A DNA stretch of 63,364 bases, filler included, from Octopus bimaculoides (lineage: Eukaryota): NCBI RefSeq assembly GCF_001194135.2. It is 6 parts of 5 records of this genome, joined end to end, with 100 filler letters (N's around TTAATTAATTAA, not from the genome) between each part and the next. Parts side by side here need not be neighbours in the genome. Positions count along the whole stretch, not along the records: positions 39,741 to 55,246 come from NC_068982.1; 5 more parts are not named here. One strand, 5' to 3'. The notes under the pieces were generated by a model. It had not been told where the DNA came from and ran no database searches. It saw only the letters and a program-made list of their open reading frames with translations. This document shows, piece by piece, positions 41,762-53,390 of this stretch; position 1 is the stretch's first letter; every line of letters starts with the position of its first letter. The position numbers and the translations under genes are program-made.

Positions 41762-42018
41762 CTATTTTAGAAATTGCCACATGATATTATTAACAATTTC
41801 TGGTCGGTCTAGTTGAACAAAATGTGTAGCATCTTCAATGTATTTTATCAAAAGATTATTAACATATTTACTACATTCTGCAGCCATTTCATGGTTGAGG
41901 AAAGCATCTTGCATTCCCCATATTATGAGAACAGGCATTTTCAGAATGTTTGTAGGTAGTTTAGCCTGGCTTCTGTGAAAATTTGCTCTGTAATAGTTGA
42001 TGGGTCCTGTAGTTGCTC
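41762..42018 (-). CDS. EPHX4: EPHX4-like last coding exon (GATTGPINYYRANF...PVLIIWGMQDAFL...DATHFVQLDRPEIVNNIMWQFLK*)
   Basis: Acceptor ttttcttttcag; 257 nt ending in TAG; second Tyr, acid Asp and catalytic His present. Confidence 0.94.
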
Positions 42019-45000
42019 CTGAAAAGAAAACAAATTTAGTTTCATTTAGTCACTGAAGAAAAACCTTTAAATAATGACAATATAATTTTTTCTATGAAAA
42101 TCAGTGCATCAATGTTCAACAAAATACAATGATCTTAATACATTTCCAGTATTGTTTATTATGTCGATATAGTGGTTTACTATAGGTGAGTACCATTAGA
42201 TAAAACATTTTACAAGTGACATTGTAGACATAGCACAACTTATTATACCTTTGCAAATCATAAATGAGTCATGTAGACATACTTTTCCAAGAAATAATGC
42301 TATTAATAAAGACCTGATACAACTATCAAAATATATATAGTTGTTACCATTTTACACATTTTTCATGATTTTTCTTGCACCTATTTTTTTCTCTCGGTTC
42401 AGTCATTCACACACCTTAACATGAAAACATCCAGTGGAGTATACTTAGCATATTTCTATCCAGCCAACACATATCCTTCACATTGAAAGCCCAGGTTTTT
42501 GATGCTATACAAAAACACACTTCATACATTAGCACCATACAATCCATCCTTCACTCAAAGAAAAAGTGCTTTTGTTACCAACAGAATAATTCCTCGATCT
42601 TTTTCCATCCTGTCCTTATTCTAACTACTTTACTTACATCCCCCTCCACTGCTGATTATGATATCTAGGTAACAGAACCTATCAACTACTTCTTGGGTGA
42701 TCTTACTGTTAACTACTCCTGTATCTTTGCTATATATATATATATAAATATATATATGCATGTATATACACATATATGTATATACTTACATCTACATGTG
42801 TATATAGATGCATATCAGGGTACAGGACGTTAGAACAATGAACTACAGACAACGGAACGAACACATAGGAAAACAGAAAGCCACTTGGAATTATTCATCA
42901 GCTGCCTCTATTCTAACTAGACGTTTCGAAGATAAAGCAATATATATATATAGTCCTTCTGTCATCCTGCCTGTAACTTTTGTGCACGTCTAGTTTGTAC
43001 AAGGTACACAGTATAGAATTCCAACCAACCCCTTTCCTGCATAACAAGCATGGGCACTTCCCAGGTAGCAGATGAGTTCAGTATTTTTTCAGATTTTTCT
43101 CTTTACTAGGTTTACTTTTAGACCTCTTGATTTCAGGCAATGAATTGACTAAGTCATTAGAGCACGAGATGAAAAGCATTGGGATATTTATTCCAGCACC
43201 TTGCGTATTGAGTTCAGATTCCACAGAGGTCAACTTTGTCGTTCATGCTTCAGGAACCAATAATGTACCAGTCTAAGCTGGTGGAAATAGAATGTTGAAT
43301 AGGAGGCCTTGTAGTATTTGATATAGCTCTTCACATTCTAAGTTCAAATCTTGCCATGGACTACTGTTGTCCAGTTTAACACCCTACTTGATAGCTTAGG
43401 TACTTTTAGGCAAAGTCCATTCCATTGCAAAAATTTAGGCTAGGGCTCTGATTAGAGTATATCTCCCTCCCTCCAATTTCAGAGGCCTTGTAAAGGATCA
43501 TAAGCACTGTCCTTTCCTTCTGGTTAAAAGGTAAAGGTGGGGGCCTTTACTTTTACATTTGCAACTATGCCTCTAATTGGTTGACTGATTGTCTAAGAGA
43601 ACTGGATCTTCTGCTTACAAGAAATTTTATTGCTAGCCTTGATCATCTGCTATGGTCTGGAGAACAATAATAAACAAAAGAGGGCTAAGAACTGAATCTT
43701 GGCAGACACCTATGTGTATGCTAAATTCCTTACTAAATATACAAATCAATAAATACAAATGGTCAGTTTGAGCAATAAGCTAACAGTCATCAAATCAAGG
43801 AAGAGAAACCACAAACTGCACCATTTCAAAAGTGTAATGAGTGTAAGACTAAGATAAAAAGTTAATATATTAAGATCTGCTGAATTATCATATGATGACA
43901 TTTAGATATGTTGATGTTGCTGAATAGTTCATATATATATATATATATATATATATTTAGGAAACCAAGAAATGAGAATAACTAATTGAATACTTAGTTG
44001 TAACTGGTAAACATAAGTCTAGTTTTGATAACTTAACACAGTATATGAGTGTAAAAGCTGTGCAGGACAGTTGAAAGAGCTGACAGCTTGCATCAATGTA
44101 AGACTGGCAAATACAGAAAAAAAAGAGACCTAATAAATGGGGGATGTCTCAATGAACTACTAGCCATTAAATCTAGCATAACATCCAGGAAATAACACTA
44201 TGGCAATGACAAAATTAAAAATAAAAGCTTTATATTACTAGTGAATATATCAATTTTAACATTGACCTTTGTAAATGTTTAAATTCAGCATTTGTCACAC
44301 CAGATTTCTCAGCTGGTAGTAGACTAGATATATACATATTTATGTTACTTGGTTCATGAAAGGATTTGAAGAAAAAAAGAACTACAAAAGCAAAGAAAAA
44401 AAGCATCAGTGATAAAAGTATTAGAATAAAGTACTTTATACATGTGCGTGTGTGTGTAAAAGTAATGTGAAATGAAAACTGAATGGGGTTAAAATAAGCA
44501 TACCAAAAGATGATGATATTAAAAGGCTTAGAACATTCCTAAAATACTAAGATCAGCTCACCTGGTTGAGAAAAGGCATATCTGTAAACATCAATATCAT
44601 CACTCGTCATATTTTCACTTCTGACTCCAACACGACTGGTGAAAATTTTAGATAAAGCCTCAAATTTGTTGAATGAGTATATCCATTCTGGGATATATGG
44701 CATTTGGAAGAAAAACATGTACCTGTAATGAAAGAATAAAAAATGTGAGTGAGATACTATATAAAAATTACGATGTTAAGTGCATTGATATTTAATCCAA
44801 TATTGAACAGCAAATGTAGGCTACATTTAAGCAAAGCTTTGGGTGTGTGTATCAAGGATATATGAAAGAAAATAAAGTTGAGAGAACTAATTTTATACTC
44901 CTTGCAACTCTTTGAAATTACATTAAATATTTTGTTTAAACTGTAAGAAAAAAAAAACTGTATTTAAAAATACTTTAGAGCAGCATTTCCCAACATGGAG

Positions 45001-48000
45001 AACCCCACCAAAACATTCCCCGTCTCAGAATGATTAAATGTCTTTATTTATATTTTCCTTTCTCTTACATATCATAAGATATTAAACAAATAAAACTAAC
45101 TTGGAAATGGTTGACCATCCTAAATTCATGAGATGTATCAAAGAAAGTTTATGAAATTCATCTTAGCCAAACCCTTGTTTGGTCAGAACTTTCTCTTAAG
45201 AAGTCATTTTTCTTCTCAGGCTGCCTTATTACTTGAAGATGCCAGGTTTTCTCAATAGTTTCTAACTAATGCACAATGTCACCAAATTTGATGGGAAGGG
45301 GTCAGTCAATGACATCAGTCCTTGTATTTGACTGGTACTTTATTTTATCAGCCCCTGTGGGTTGAAAGGTAAAACTGACCACAGAATGTAAAAAGCCGGA
45401 ACAAATGCTGCAGAAAAGACTCTAGTGGTCCTGCCATGTTTAATAATAGAATTAAAACCAAAAATGATTCAAAAATGCATTTACATACAATTAACCTATA
45501 CATCATTATTTCTTGCAGATATCCTAGCAAACATCTTGCTATGTTCCAGTTGGGAGGAGCAGCTTTGGAGTGAATAGATAATGTGATATTCTTACCATGA
45601 TTTTCTAAGTTGAGAGAAATGGCTCCGAAGATATTTCGAAAAAACTGTTGGATGTGGGCAGTTCATAATGATTAATTTGGAAACCAACTGAGGATAATTT
45701 ATAGCTGTATTCCATGCTACTGCACCTCCCCAATCATGGCCGACAAGCACACAGTTTTTGTAACCTATAATAAATAAATAAAATATAACTTGTAGCTGTT
45801 TAATTTTCCCCATGAATATAAGAAATAATTTTATAAAGTGCAAGTTAATACAATAATTAAGCCTGTAATGAAAAGAAAAGCTTTAGTGTTCATGATAATT
45901 CTTGTCAAGGCAGGCAATGGGAAGAACTTTGAAATTTAAATTCATTAAAAATTAGATGGGGATATGTTATGGAGAGTTAATGATCATTGCAAGGTACAGG
46001 GAAAATTTTGGACATGATTTGGCCTTATTAGACCTGTTCAGTGAAGCAAAATCTAACAAGTATCTTTTTTTTAGGGCCTTAGTTGGTCAAAGTTGATCAT
46101 GTATCTACATATGTATGTATAGAGCTGGGTAAGATTTTTATGAGGAAGTGTCACAATTTCCCATGTATGCAAGCCTCCCTCACTATGCCACTGATCTTTG
46201 TCCAAATGAAAGGCCACCCAACTTTGGTTCATTTAACTTGTTATGAGTGTTGTTGTGGACATTATTATCAGTGCACAAAGAGACTGAATCACAAGGTATT
46301 TTGCCTGACCATCAGACAGTTGCATCAATCTACTACCTTGAATTGACATTGTTTCAATAACCATGAAAAGATGAAAAAGCAAAGTTGATCTCAGCAGGAT
46401 TTGAACTCAGAGTGCCCTAAAGGCTGTCAGTTCACCACCTTTCATGTACCTATGAGGTCTCAATATAACTTGGGAGGACATAGTTTTTATGTGAAAATTA
46501 TTCATGGATTAGATCATTTAAAATAATATCAGATGATTTCTCAGTAATGTCTTTTGTGTAATTTTATTATATTACAAAACATCTTGTAAAGACTGGAAAA
46601 GTCTCTTCTCTTCCCTCTCTTAAACTGCTTTTTTAACTCCTTAGTGTTTTTAAAATTGTTACATTTGGGGATGGTCATTTTTCATTTTTTTTTCGTTGCA
46701 ATTAATCACACAAACTATATACTTGTTCTTCACATCAGCTTTATTATTATCATTATTATTATTTTAGTGCCCTTTGTCTGAAATCTTCACGTCCGGTGAC
46801 CTCCTCAGTGACTCTCCATCACATGTGTCTCTTCCTGTTCTGTTTAGACCAGTCTTCTTTAAAATTCTCATGCATAAAATTGAATAAAATGCTAAGTTAT
46901 GAATTTTTAATCATATAGTTCAATGCCTTTTACAAATAACTGGTGTAGTTGTATTTTGAATAAATTATAGTCCATACACTACTTTATTACAGAAATTTTG
47001 TTGATTGATACAGAACAGCCGAATAGATAAGTTTGCTTAGGCCCCAAGTTCAATCTCACAACAAAACATCTTGAGAAAGTTTCTTTTACAAAATTATCTC
47101 AGGTCAACAACACTAGCCTTATGAGTGAAACCGATTGAACTGGATTGTACCTGTATTTCAAAAGTACAGAGTTGTCACATACTGTGTCATGTTAATTCAT
47201 CATGTTGATTATATAAATGGTACACATATCTGTGGAATACTCAGCCACTTACATGCTTATTCAATGAGCAGGTAACTTAATTGACTGATCAACTGAGTTT
47301 TCATTGTTGAAACTAATGGAGATACATCACCTCACATAATTTACATCAAGAATCTTGCACACCAAATACACATACGAAATAATTTACATACTTTTACTGA
47401 TATTTAATATGCTTATGAGTGATAAAATAAGGTGACAGTTTCAATATTTGAACTCTGAAATGGCACTATCAGTAATAACCACTGACCTACTCGCTTTATC
47501 TGAAAGTCTAAAATTACAAATCTAACTTTGAGATGGGGTTGGAATGGAGTATAATTTATAAAATATATTTTTTCAGGAGAATGGTGGTTGAAAAGTAAAG
47601 TTGTTGGTGCATTTATTAACTGTTGAAATTTCATAAGTAAAACATCTAAATATATATATATATATATNNNNNNNNNNNNNNNNNNNNNNNNNNNNNNNNN
47701 NNNNNNNNNNNNNNNNNNNNNNNNNNNNNNNNNNNNNNNNNNNNNNNNNNNNNNNNNNNNNNNNNNNNNNNNNNNNNNNNNNNNNNNNNNNNNNNNNNNN
47801 NNNNNNNNNNNNNNNNNNNNNNNNNNNNNNNNNNNNNNNNNNNNNNNNNNNNNNNNNNNNNNNNNNNNNNNNNNNNNNNNNNNNNNNNNNNNNNNNNNNN
47901 NNNNNNNNNNNNNNNNNNNNNNNNNNNNNNATATATATATAAAACACCACAGTAAAGTTAAAGAATAACTGAAAAATTTAATACTAGTAAAAAAAAAAAA

Positions 48001-48976
48001 AAACATTTGATTTAACTTAGATTGAAATATCAGCAAAATAATTTGTCTTTAGCAGGAACATACCAAGAGTTTGAATAACTTCAGACACATCAGCAGATAG
48101 TTTTTCAATTGTGAAATACTTCTTATCAGTAAATTTAGAAGAGAGTGAATATCCCCTTTGATCAAAAGCAACAACTCTGAAATGAAATGAAATATTTGAG
48201 AAAATCTTTAATATTCACTAAGTTAATCTAATAACATATTCACTTTATCTCTTTATTGACCAGATTGTTAGGCTATCATAATGTATTTCCATTGGGCCAT
48301 ATTATTTGACTATAACTTTTTGTATTTGAGATTTTCCAAGTGATCTTATTTGATCTCTTGGATTAACACTTGATAACTGCATAGTTCCACCATTTCTTGT
48401 GAATCTTATGACAATCGCTCGCACAGTTAAGCTCGTGCTTCGAGGATTCCATAATCACTTCATTCACTGCACTTTGTTCACAAATTACTTTGTTTCAGAT
48501 ATGTTCCCCCAATAATATCCCCAATATGGATCTTTCTGTGGTCCTCTGTATGATAGCCAGCCACTGTTCCATATCTCACTTGCATATAAAAGTGCAGGTA
48601 GAATGTTATTATTAAAGAGATAGATATGCAGGGTTTTCTCCTGCTGTGATAACATGAAAACTGAGAAAATATGATGCTTGTTGAAAGAGAAATTTATTAG
48701 TTCAAATCTAGTACAAAATATATGAAAAAATGGTATATAAGTATCATGAAATTTTAATTTCTATTTCTTAATAACAAAGATGTGAAACAAATCTGATGAC
48801 ATGTTTAAATCAAAGTTTTATAATTACAGGTGAAGTAAGTTAGAATCTTACCTGTAATTTTTACTGAACTCAACTATTTGATAGTGCCAGGAATACCAAC
48901 ATTCTGGGAAACCATGGATGAAAAGCATCAAGGGCTTATTTTTATCTCCTATACTAACATAGTGGACATTAACATT
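41762..48976 (-). CDS. EPHX4: Epoxide hydrolase 3/4-like alpha/beta-hydrolase, 5'-incomplete; join(complement 48852-48976, 48064-48176, 45596-45764, 44562-44722, 41762-42018)
   Basis: Five exons with GT-AG introns and compatible phases total 825 nt = 274 aa + TAG. Motifs: HGFPE (oxyanion), GHDWGG (nucleophile Asp), SWYMFFFQ and INYYRAN (ring-opening Tyr pair), WGMQDAFL (acid), DATHFVQ (catalytic His). EPHX4 versus EPHX3 orthology is not resolved by eye. Confidence 0.93.
42770..42975 (-). mobile_element. Penelope-like terminal-repeat fragment (family shared with 3275-3512)
   Basis: atatcagggtacaggacgttagaacaat(g/a)aactacagac occurs here and at 3390-3445; minus strand carries GAAG..CTTC-GAAAC-GTC. 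Confidence 0.45.
44562..44722 (-). CDS. EPHX4: EPHX4-like coding exon (YMFFFQMPYIPEWIYSFNKFEALSKIFTSRVGVRSENMTSDDIDVYRYAFSQPG)
   Basis: Acceptor ctttcattacag, donor cag/gtgagc; 161 nt; cap-domain Tyr in SWYMFFFQ. Confidence 0.93.
45596..45764 (-). CDS. EPHX4: EPHX4-like coding exon (GYKNCVLVGHDWGGAVAWNTAINYPQLVSKLIIMNCPHPTVFSKYLRSHFSQLRKSW)
   Basis: Acceptor ttattatag, donor tg/gtaaga; 169 nt; nucleophile elbow GHDWGG; lies inside ORF-track entry 45592..45843. Confidence 0.95.
46768..46880 (-). mobile_element. Short non-LTR (R4-like) 3' end with (TAA)n tail, intronic
   Basis: Minus strand ..agaattttaaagaagactggtctaa..gaagatttcagacaaagggcactaa followed by aataataat. Confidence 0.45.
48064..48176 (-). 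CDS. EPHX4: EPHX4-like coding exon (VVAFDQRGYSLSSKFTDKKYFTIEKLSADVSEVIQTLG)
   Basis: Acceptor tttcatttcag, donor g/gtatgt; 113 nt, phase 2 to 1; DxRGY motif. Confidence 0.92.
48852..48976 (-). CDS. EPHX4: EPHX4-like coding exon (NVNVHYVSIGDKNKPLMLFIHGFPECWYSWHYQIVEFSKNYR)
   Basis: Acceptor ttgttttgcag, donor ag/gtaaga; 125 nt, phase 0 to 2; HGFPE motif. Confidence 0.93.
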
Positions 48977-49019
48977 CTGCAAAACAATTAATAATAATAA
49001 TGAATAATAATAATAATAA

Positions 49020-49235
49020 TAATGGTTTCAAATTTTGCCACAAGGTCAGCAATTTGGTGGGGGATGAGTTAATTACATCAACTCCAGTGTTCAACTGGTA
49101 CTTAATTTATCAACTCTGAAAGGATACAAGGCAAAGTCGACCTCAGCAGAATTTGAACTCAGAATGTAGCGATGGGAAAAATACTGCTAAGCATTTCGTG
49201 CAGCATGCTAACGATTCTACCAGCTTGCTACCTTA
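49020..49235 (-). mobile_element. SINE family A copy upstream of the first identified EPHX exon, CpG-decayed
   Basis: Core present with several CG to CA/TG changes. Confidence 0.78.
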
Positions 49236-49277
49236 ATAATAAATAACAACAACAATAATATATAAATAGATAAATGA

Positions 49278-49299
<22 letters not shown>

Positions 49300-49315
<16 letters not shown>

Positions 49316-49445
49316 GGGAGAATTTACGAAAAAAACAACAGACGAAGACAGGTGGTGTAAACAACAAATGGATGTATTAGTTTAACACTCGGGAATAGAG
49401 AAAGTCTTTGACGTTTCGAGCCTATGCTCTTCAACTGAAAGGAAC
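49300..49445 (-). mobile_element. Penelope-like terminal-repeat fragment with degenerate minimal hammerhead motif
   Basis: Minus strand CTTT-CAGTTGAA-GAGC-ATAG-GCTC-GAAAC-GTC-AAAG; core decayed. Confidence 0.45.
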
Positions 49446-50694
49446 ACAGAAAGAAATAAAGAGAGAAACAAGGAGAAAAAAAAAATAAGGAGTGAAACAA
49501 AGAGAAAAAAAAAAGGAGAAAAAAAATATAAATGTAGTGGTCAGCGATACGTGTATGTGTGTGTGAATGAATGAATAGATAAATAACAATGTTAACGATT
49601 AATAACTGATAGAGTTAATTAGCTGCTTTCTTATGTAAATTAATTTGTTTTAAAGTATTGCCACAAAAAAAAACAGTCATAAAAAGTTCCAATAATGAAC
49701 AAGGCTAATGCCTTTTGTTGGTTAATTCTGTACAAAGTTGGTGGGAGAGGTAAAAACTGCACTGCTCCTAGCATACATTACAATTCTTGATGGGGGGGGG
49801 GGCACTTTTAGACAGTTTGTCCTTCAAATCTTCTATTGATACAATGATGATTTATTTGTAAAAGGAGGTGTAATAAGAAAGGTGACCTCACATTACCAAT
49901 TATCTATGGTAGGATAGCTTTTCTTCTTATAGCTACTAAGTAACAGAACAATTTGATTTTAAATTGTCTCGTTCATTGTTAAACTGATTGAAAGGGAAAA
50001 ATCAAACTGGTTTTTCTCATGGCAGATTAACCTTAAGGCAGGTATTAACATCTGTGTTGAGACCAACAAACAAGGCAAACAAGAAAATAAAACTCTTACT
50101 TTTTTAGTGTGTATAAAAGAAGTGCTGAGAAAGTAAGTCTAGAATTTTATTAATCTCATGTATATGTATGTCATTTATATTACATAAAGTTCACAGTTTG
50201 TAAAGTATTTTCTGTGATCACATACAATGCCTATTTCATACACATTTAAATTATTTCATTTTCTATTTCTATTTCTATATGTATGTCACATATAGTTCAT
50301 ATAGTCCCATTTGTAATGTAGAATGTTTGTATCTATAGCTTGTATTTATTTATTTACTTTGTAAAAATATGTAATAAAGATTTAAATAATAAACAATTAA
50401 TCAGTATATATGAATACGCTTTATTTTTTTAATTCATCTTTTATTTCCTTAAACTATAAAGCACATCATATCTGTCAAACATATTACAAAGAGGTAAATA
50501 AACAATACTTTTGAAATTCGTTTTAAAAAGTACTGTTTTCATCAACTTGCAGGATAACAAAAATTTTTTTTTTAATTCCTTGCTTGTGTTTAATATACAA
50601 ACATGATGTTTTCAAATATGCTGACTTATACCATGGAATTTCCATAAGTCCTGCTAGTTACAAATAACTCTTTGCTGTCCAAATGTGGTATTAA

Positions 50695-51108
50695 TCATCA
50701 TCATCGTTTAACGTCTACTTTCCATGCTAGCATGGGTTGGACGATTTGACTGAGGACTGGTGAAACCAGATGGCTACACCAGGCTCCAATCTGATTTGGC
50801 AGAGTTTCTACAGCTGGATGCCCTTCCTAACGCCAACCACTCAGAGTGTAGTGGGTGCTTTTACGTGTCACCCGCACGAAGGTCAGTCAGGCGGTACTGG
50901 CAACGGCCATGCTCAAAATGGTGCACCTCATGTGCCACCCACACAAGAGCCAGTCCAGGGGCACCGGCAACGATCTCACTCGAAAATCCCACGAAGGCCA
51001 GCCAGGCAGCACTGGCAACGGTCACGCTCAAAATGGTGCATTTCATGTGTCACCTGCACAAGAGACAGTCCAGGGGCACCAGCAACGATCTCGCTCGGAA
51101 ATTTGTAA
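50695..51108 (-). mobile_element. Family E retroposon with internal 115-bp tandem duplication
   Basis: Reverse complement of the 57290-57628 family; cacgaagg units start at 50875 and 50990. Confidence 0.78.
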
Positions 51109-51169
51109 ATTTAGAAAGGCTTTCTGCTCAGTTCACTGAGCAAACCTTTTTGAGCTACAGCAGTAACAT

Positions 51170-51600
51170 GGTATACTTCGAAAGATAACTGACACAATCA
51201 AAGTACTTTACAGAGATACAAAATCCTAACCTCTGATGATGAGTTTGAGATGTTTGATGTAATTTCATGAATTCTTCAAGGTAATACTTTAGTGCCCTTC
51301 CTTTTTATCATTACTCTTGATTATACTTTAAGTATTAATGGAGAAAATACATGGAACTAATAGATTTTGCAGATAATCTTGCACTACTTGCTATTTCCTT
51401 GGGTGATACACAAGATCAACTAATCTTCCTCGAGACAGTGGCAAACTGCATTGGGCTCTATCTAAATGATCAAAGAATAGAATACATTCATCTTTGTCAT
51501 TTACTGCATATGCTTCTAAATAAATGAAGGTTTGCTTTTGAAAGTTTTTCTTGAGGGACAAAAAATTACTTTTTTTAAGGACTTTAAGTATAACATGACC
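51170..51600 (+). mobile_element. Decayed LINE reverse-transcriptase core fragment
   Basis: FDVIS*ILQGNTLVPFLFIITLDYTL (QGD..P.LF motif), IDFADNLALL (FADD), VANCIGLYLN, KDFKY. Remnants may extend to about 51930. Confidence 0.75.
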
Positions 51601-51955
51601 CTTTTTCTTTTCTAGGGACACTTTTTTGCGAGAAAGCTCTACATATGTACTTTCATGTTGTCCTGTATTTGAGTGTCCATAGTATTTGCTCAAGTTATCA
51701 GATACGTAAAGTTACACCAAACTTAAACCTAACATTAATAGAATGCAAGAGATGTCACAAAAATGTGAGTTCAAATGTAGACAGAAAAAAATTGAGCTCT
51801 TACTATTATCTACAACCTGACAAGGTTCAAAATCTAGAACACTGACCTCTAGATTTAACAGCAGAGTTAGAAGCCAAAAATAGAAGCACTCCAAATTTAT
51901 ATCATATTCAAGTATGGTTAGCAATAGGTAAATCTTATCAACCATTTGAAAGTTT

Positions 51956-51989
<34 letters not shown>

Positions 51990-52472
51990 NNNNNNNNNNN
52001 NNNNNNNNNNNNNNNNNNNNNNNNNNNNNNNNNNNNNNNNNNNNNNNNNNNNNNNNNNNNNNNNNNNNNNNNNNNNNNNNNNNNNNNNNNNNNNNNNNNN
52101 NNNNNNNNNNNNNNNNNNNNNNNNNNNNNNNNNNNNNNNNNNNNNNNNNNNNNNNNNNNNNNNNNNNNNNNNNNNNNNNNNNNNNNNNNNNNNNNNNNNN
52201 NNNNNNNNNNNNNNNNNNNNNNNNNNNNNNNNNNNNNNNNNNNNNNNNNNNNNNNNNNNNNNNNNNNNNNNNNNNNNNNNNNNNNNNNNNNNNNNNNNNN
52301 NNNNNNNNNNNNNNNNNNNNNNNNNNNNNNNNNNNNNNNNNNNNNNNNNNNNNNNNNNNNNNNNNNNNNNNNNNNNNNNNNNNNNNNNNNNNNNNTGGCT
52401 CATTAAGCGATGTAAAGCGTATTTAATCTCCATACCTTCGTTTTATTTGCTTTTTTCATTTTAAATTTGCTT

Positions 52473-52522
52473 TAACCCTAACCCTAACCCTAGAGTTAGG
52501 GTTAGGGTTAGAGTTAGGGTTA
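52473..52522. repeat. Inverted interstitial telomere-like motif (TAACCC)3..(TTAGGG/TTAGAG)n
   Basis: taaccctaaccctaaccctagagttagggttagggttagagttagggttaa read directly. Confidence 0.85.
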
Positions 52523-53189
52523 ATTGTTTCAGAATCGTTTGTTTATGTAGTCGGCACTTAATGTATATCGGTTGAATGGACGTCAGTGATTGGTTGAAAT
52601 TACAGAAATACGACAACTTTAACATGGAATAATTTATGGATTTCTTTTTTTTTTAAGAAAACTAAGAGAAAAAGATGTTTTATATGACACATTCTACCAG
52701 TGTTCCAAGTTTCAAAGTGTTTCGTTAATGAAAAATGTGGCCCCCATTTTAAAAAAGATCCGTTTTCCCTCCTGAAAGGTTTATAACTGTGTATATCAGC
52801 TGGTGTTGATGTTCCAAAATAGTGTTTCTAGATAGTCACTTGATCTGCTAGAAATGGCACTCAAGTCTTTAAATTAGACAAAACCATTTCGAAGGATGAA
52901 TTCAATAAGTAGTTCCTGATATACTAAAACACAAATCTAGCCTGGACTACTTTCATCATTAGTCTGTTCAATCAGAGCCAACCTAGGGATAAGCAATAAC
53001 AATCAAATTCACTTTTATCCATATTAGACAAAGTGGTACTCTATACAAAAAAGATGTGCTAATATATCATCACCATCATCATTTTTGATGTTCGTTTTTC
53101 CATGTCAGCATGGGCTGGTTGGAATTTGTTGAGATAGATTTCCTTGTCACCAATCCTCACCTGCTTCCAAGTAAGGTCTGAAAACAATG

Positions 53190-53390
53190 AGCTGTGGGAG
53201 TATAGCTATGAAGGTATATTATTACATGTAGAGAATACATGGGAGAAAGAGAGTCTTCTTAATGTGAACCCAACAGGGAGACCAGATATCCTAATTGACA
53301 GTAGTATAATAAATAAGGTAATTAAGGAAATAAAGACAGGGAAAACTGGTCTATCAAGAATTACTGCTGAGATGCTTAAAATATCTGGCA
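53190..53390 (+). mobile_element. RTE-type LINE ORF2 internal fragment (endonuclease-RT linker)
   Basis: VENTWEKESLLNVNPT..ILIDSSIINKVIKEIKTGK..SRITAEMLKISG, a decayed form of the K..KAPGPSGITAEMLK motif just upstream of RT. Confidence 0.7.

Noticed and set aside
48250-48480. Possible Tc1 helix-turn-helix remnant on the minus strand (TVRAIVIRFTRNG)
   Set aside because: Too short and degenerate; no TIR or DDE motifs nearby.
51391-51693. 100-aa minus-strand ORF as the missing EPHX first exon or a new gene
   Set aside because: It is antisense to the decayed LINE RT fragment, has no transmembrane or EPHX similarity, and has no compatible donor.
52473-52522. Chromosome fusion scar interpretation
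   Set aside because: Orientation is CCCTAA then TTAGGG, opposite to a fusion junction, and there are only a few units.
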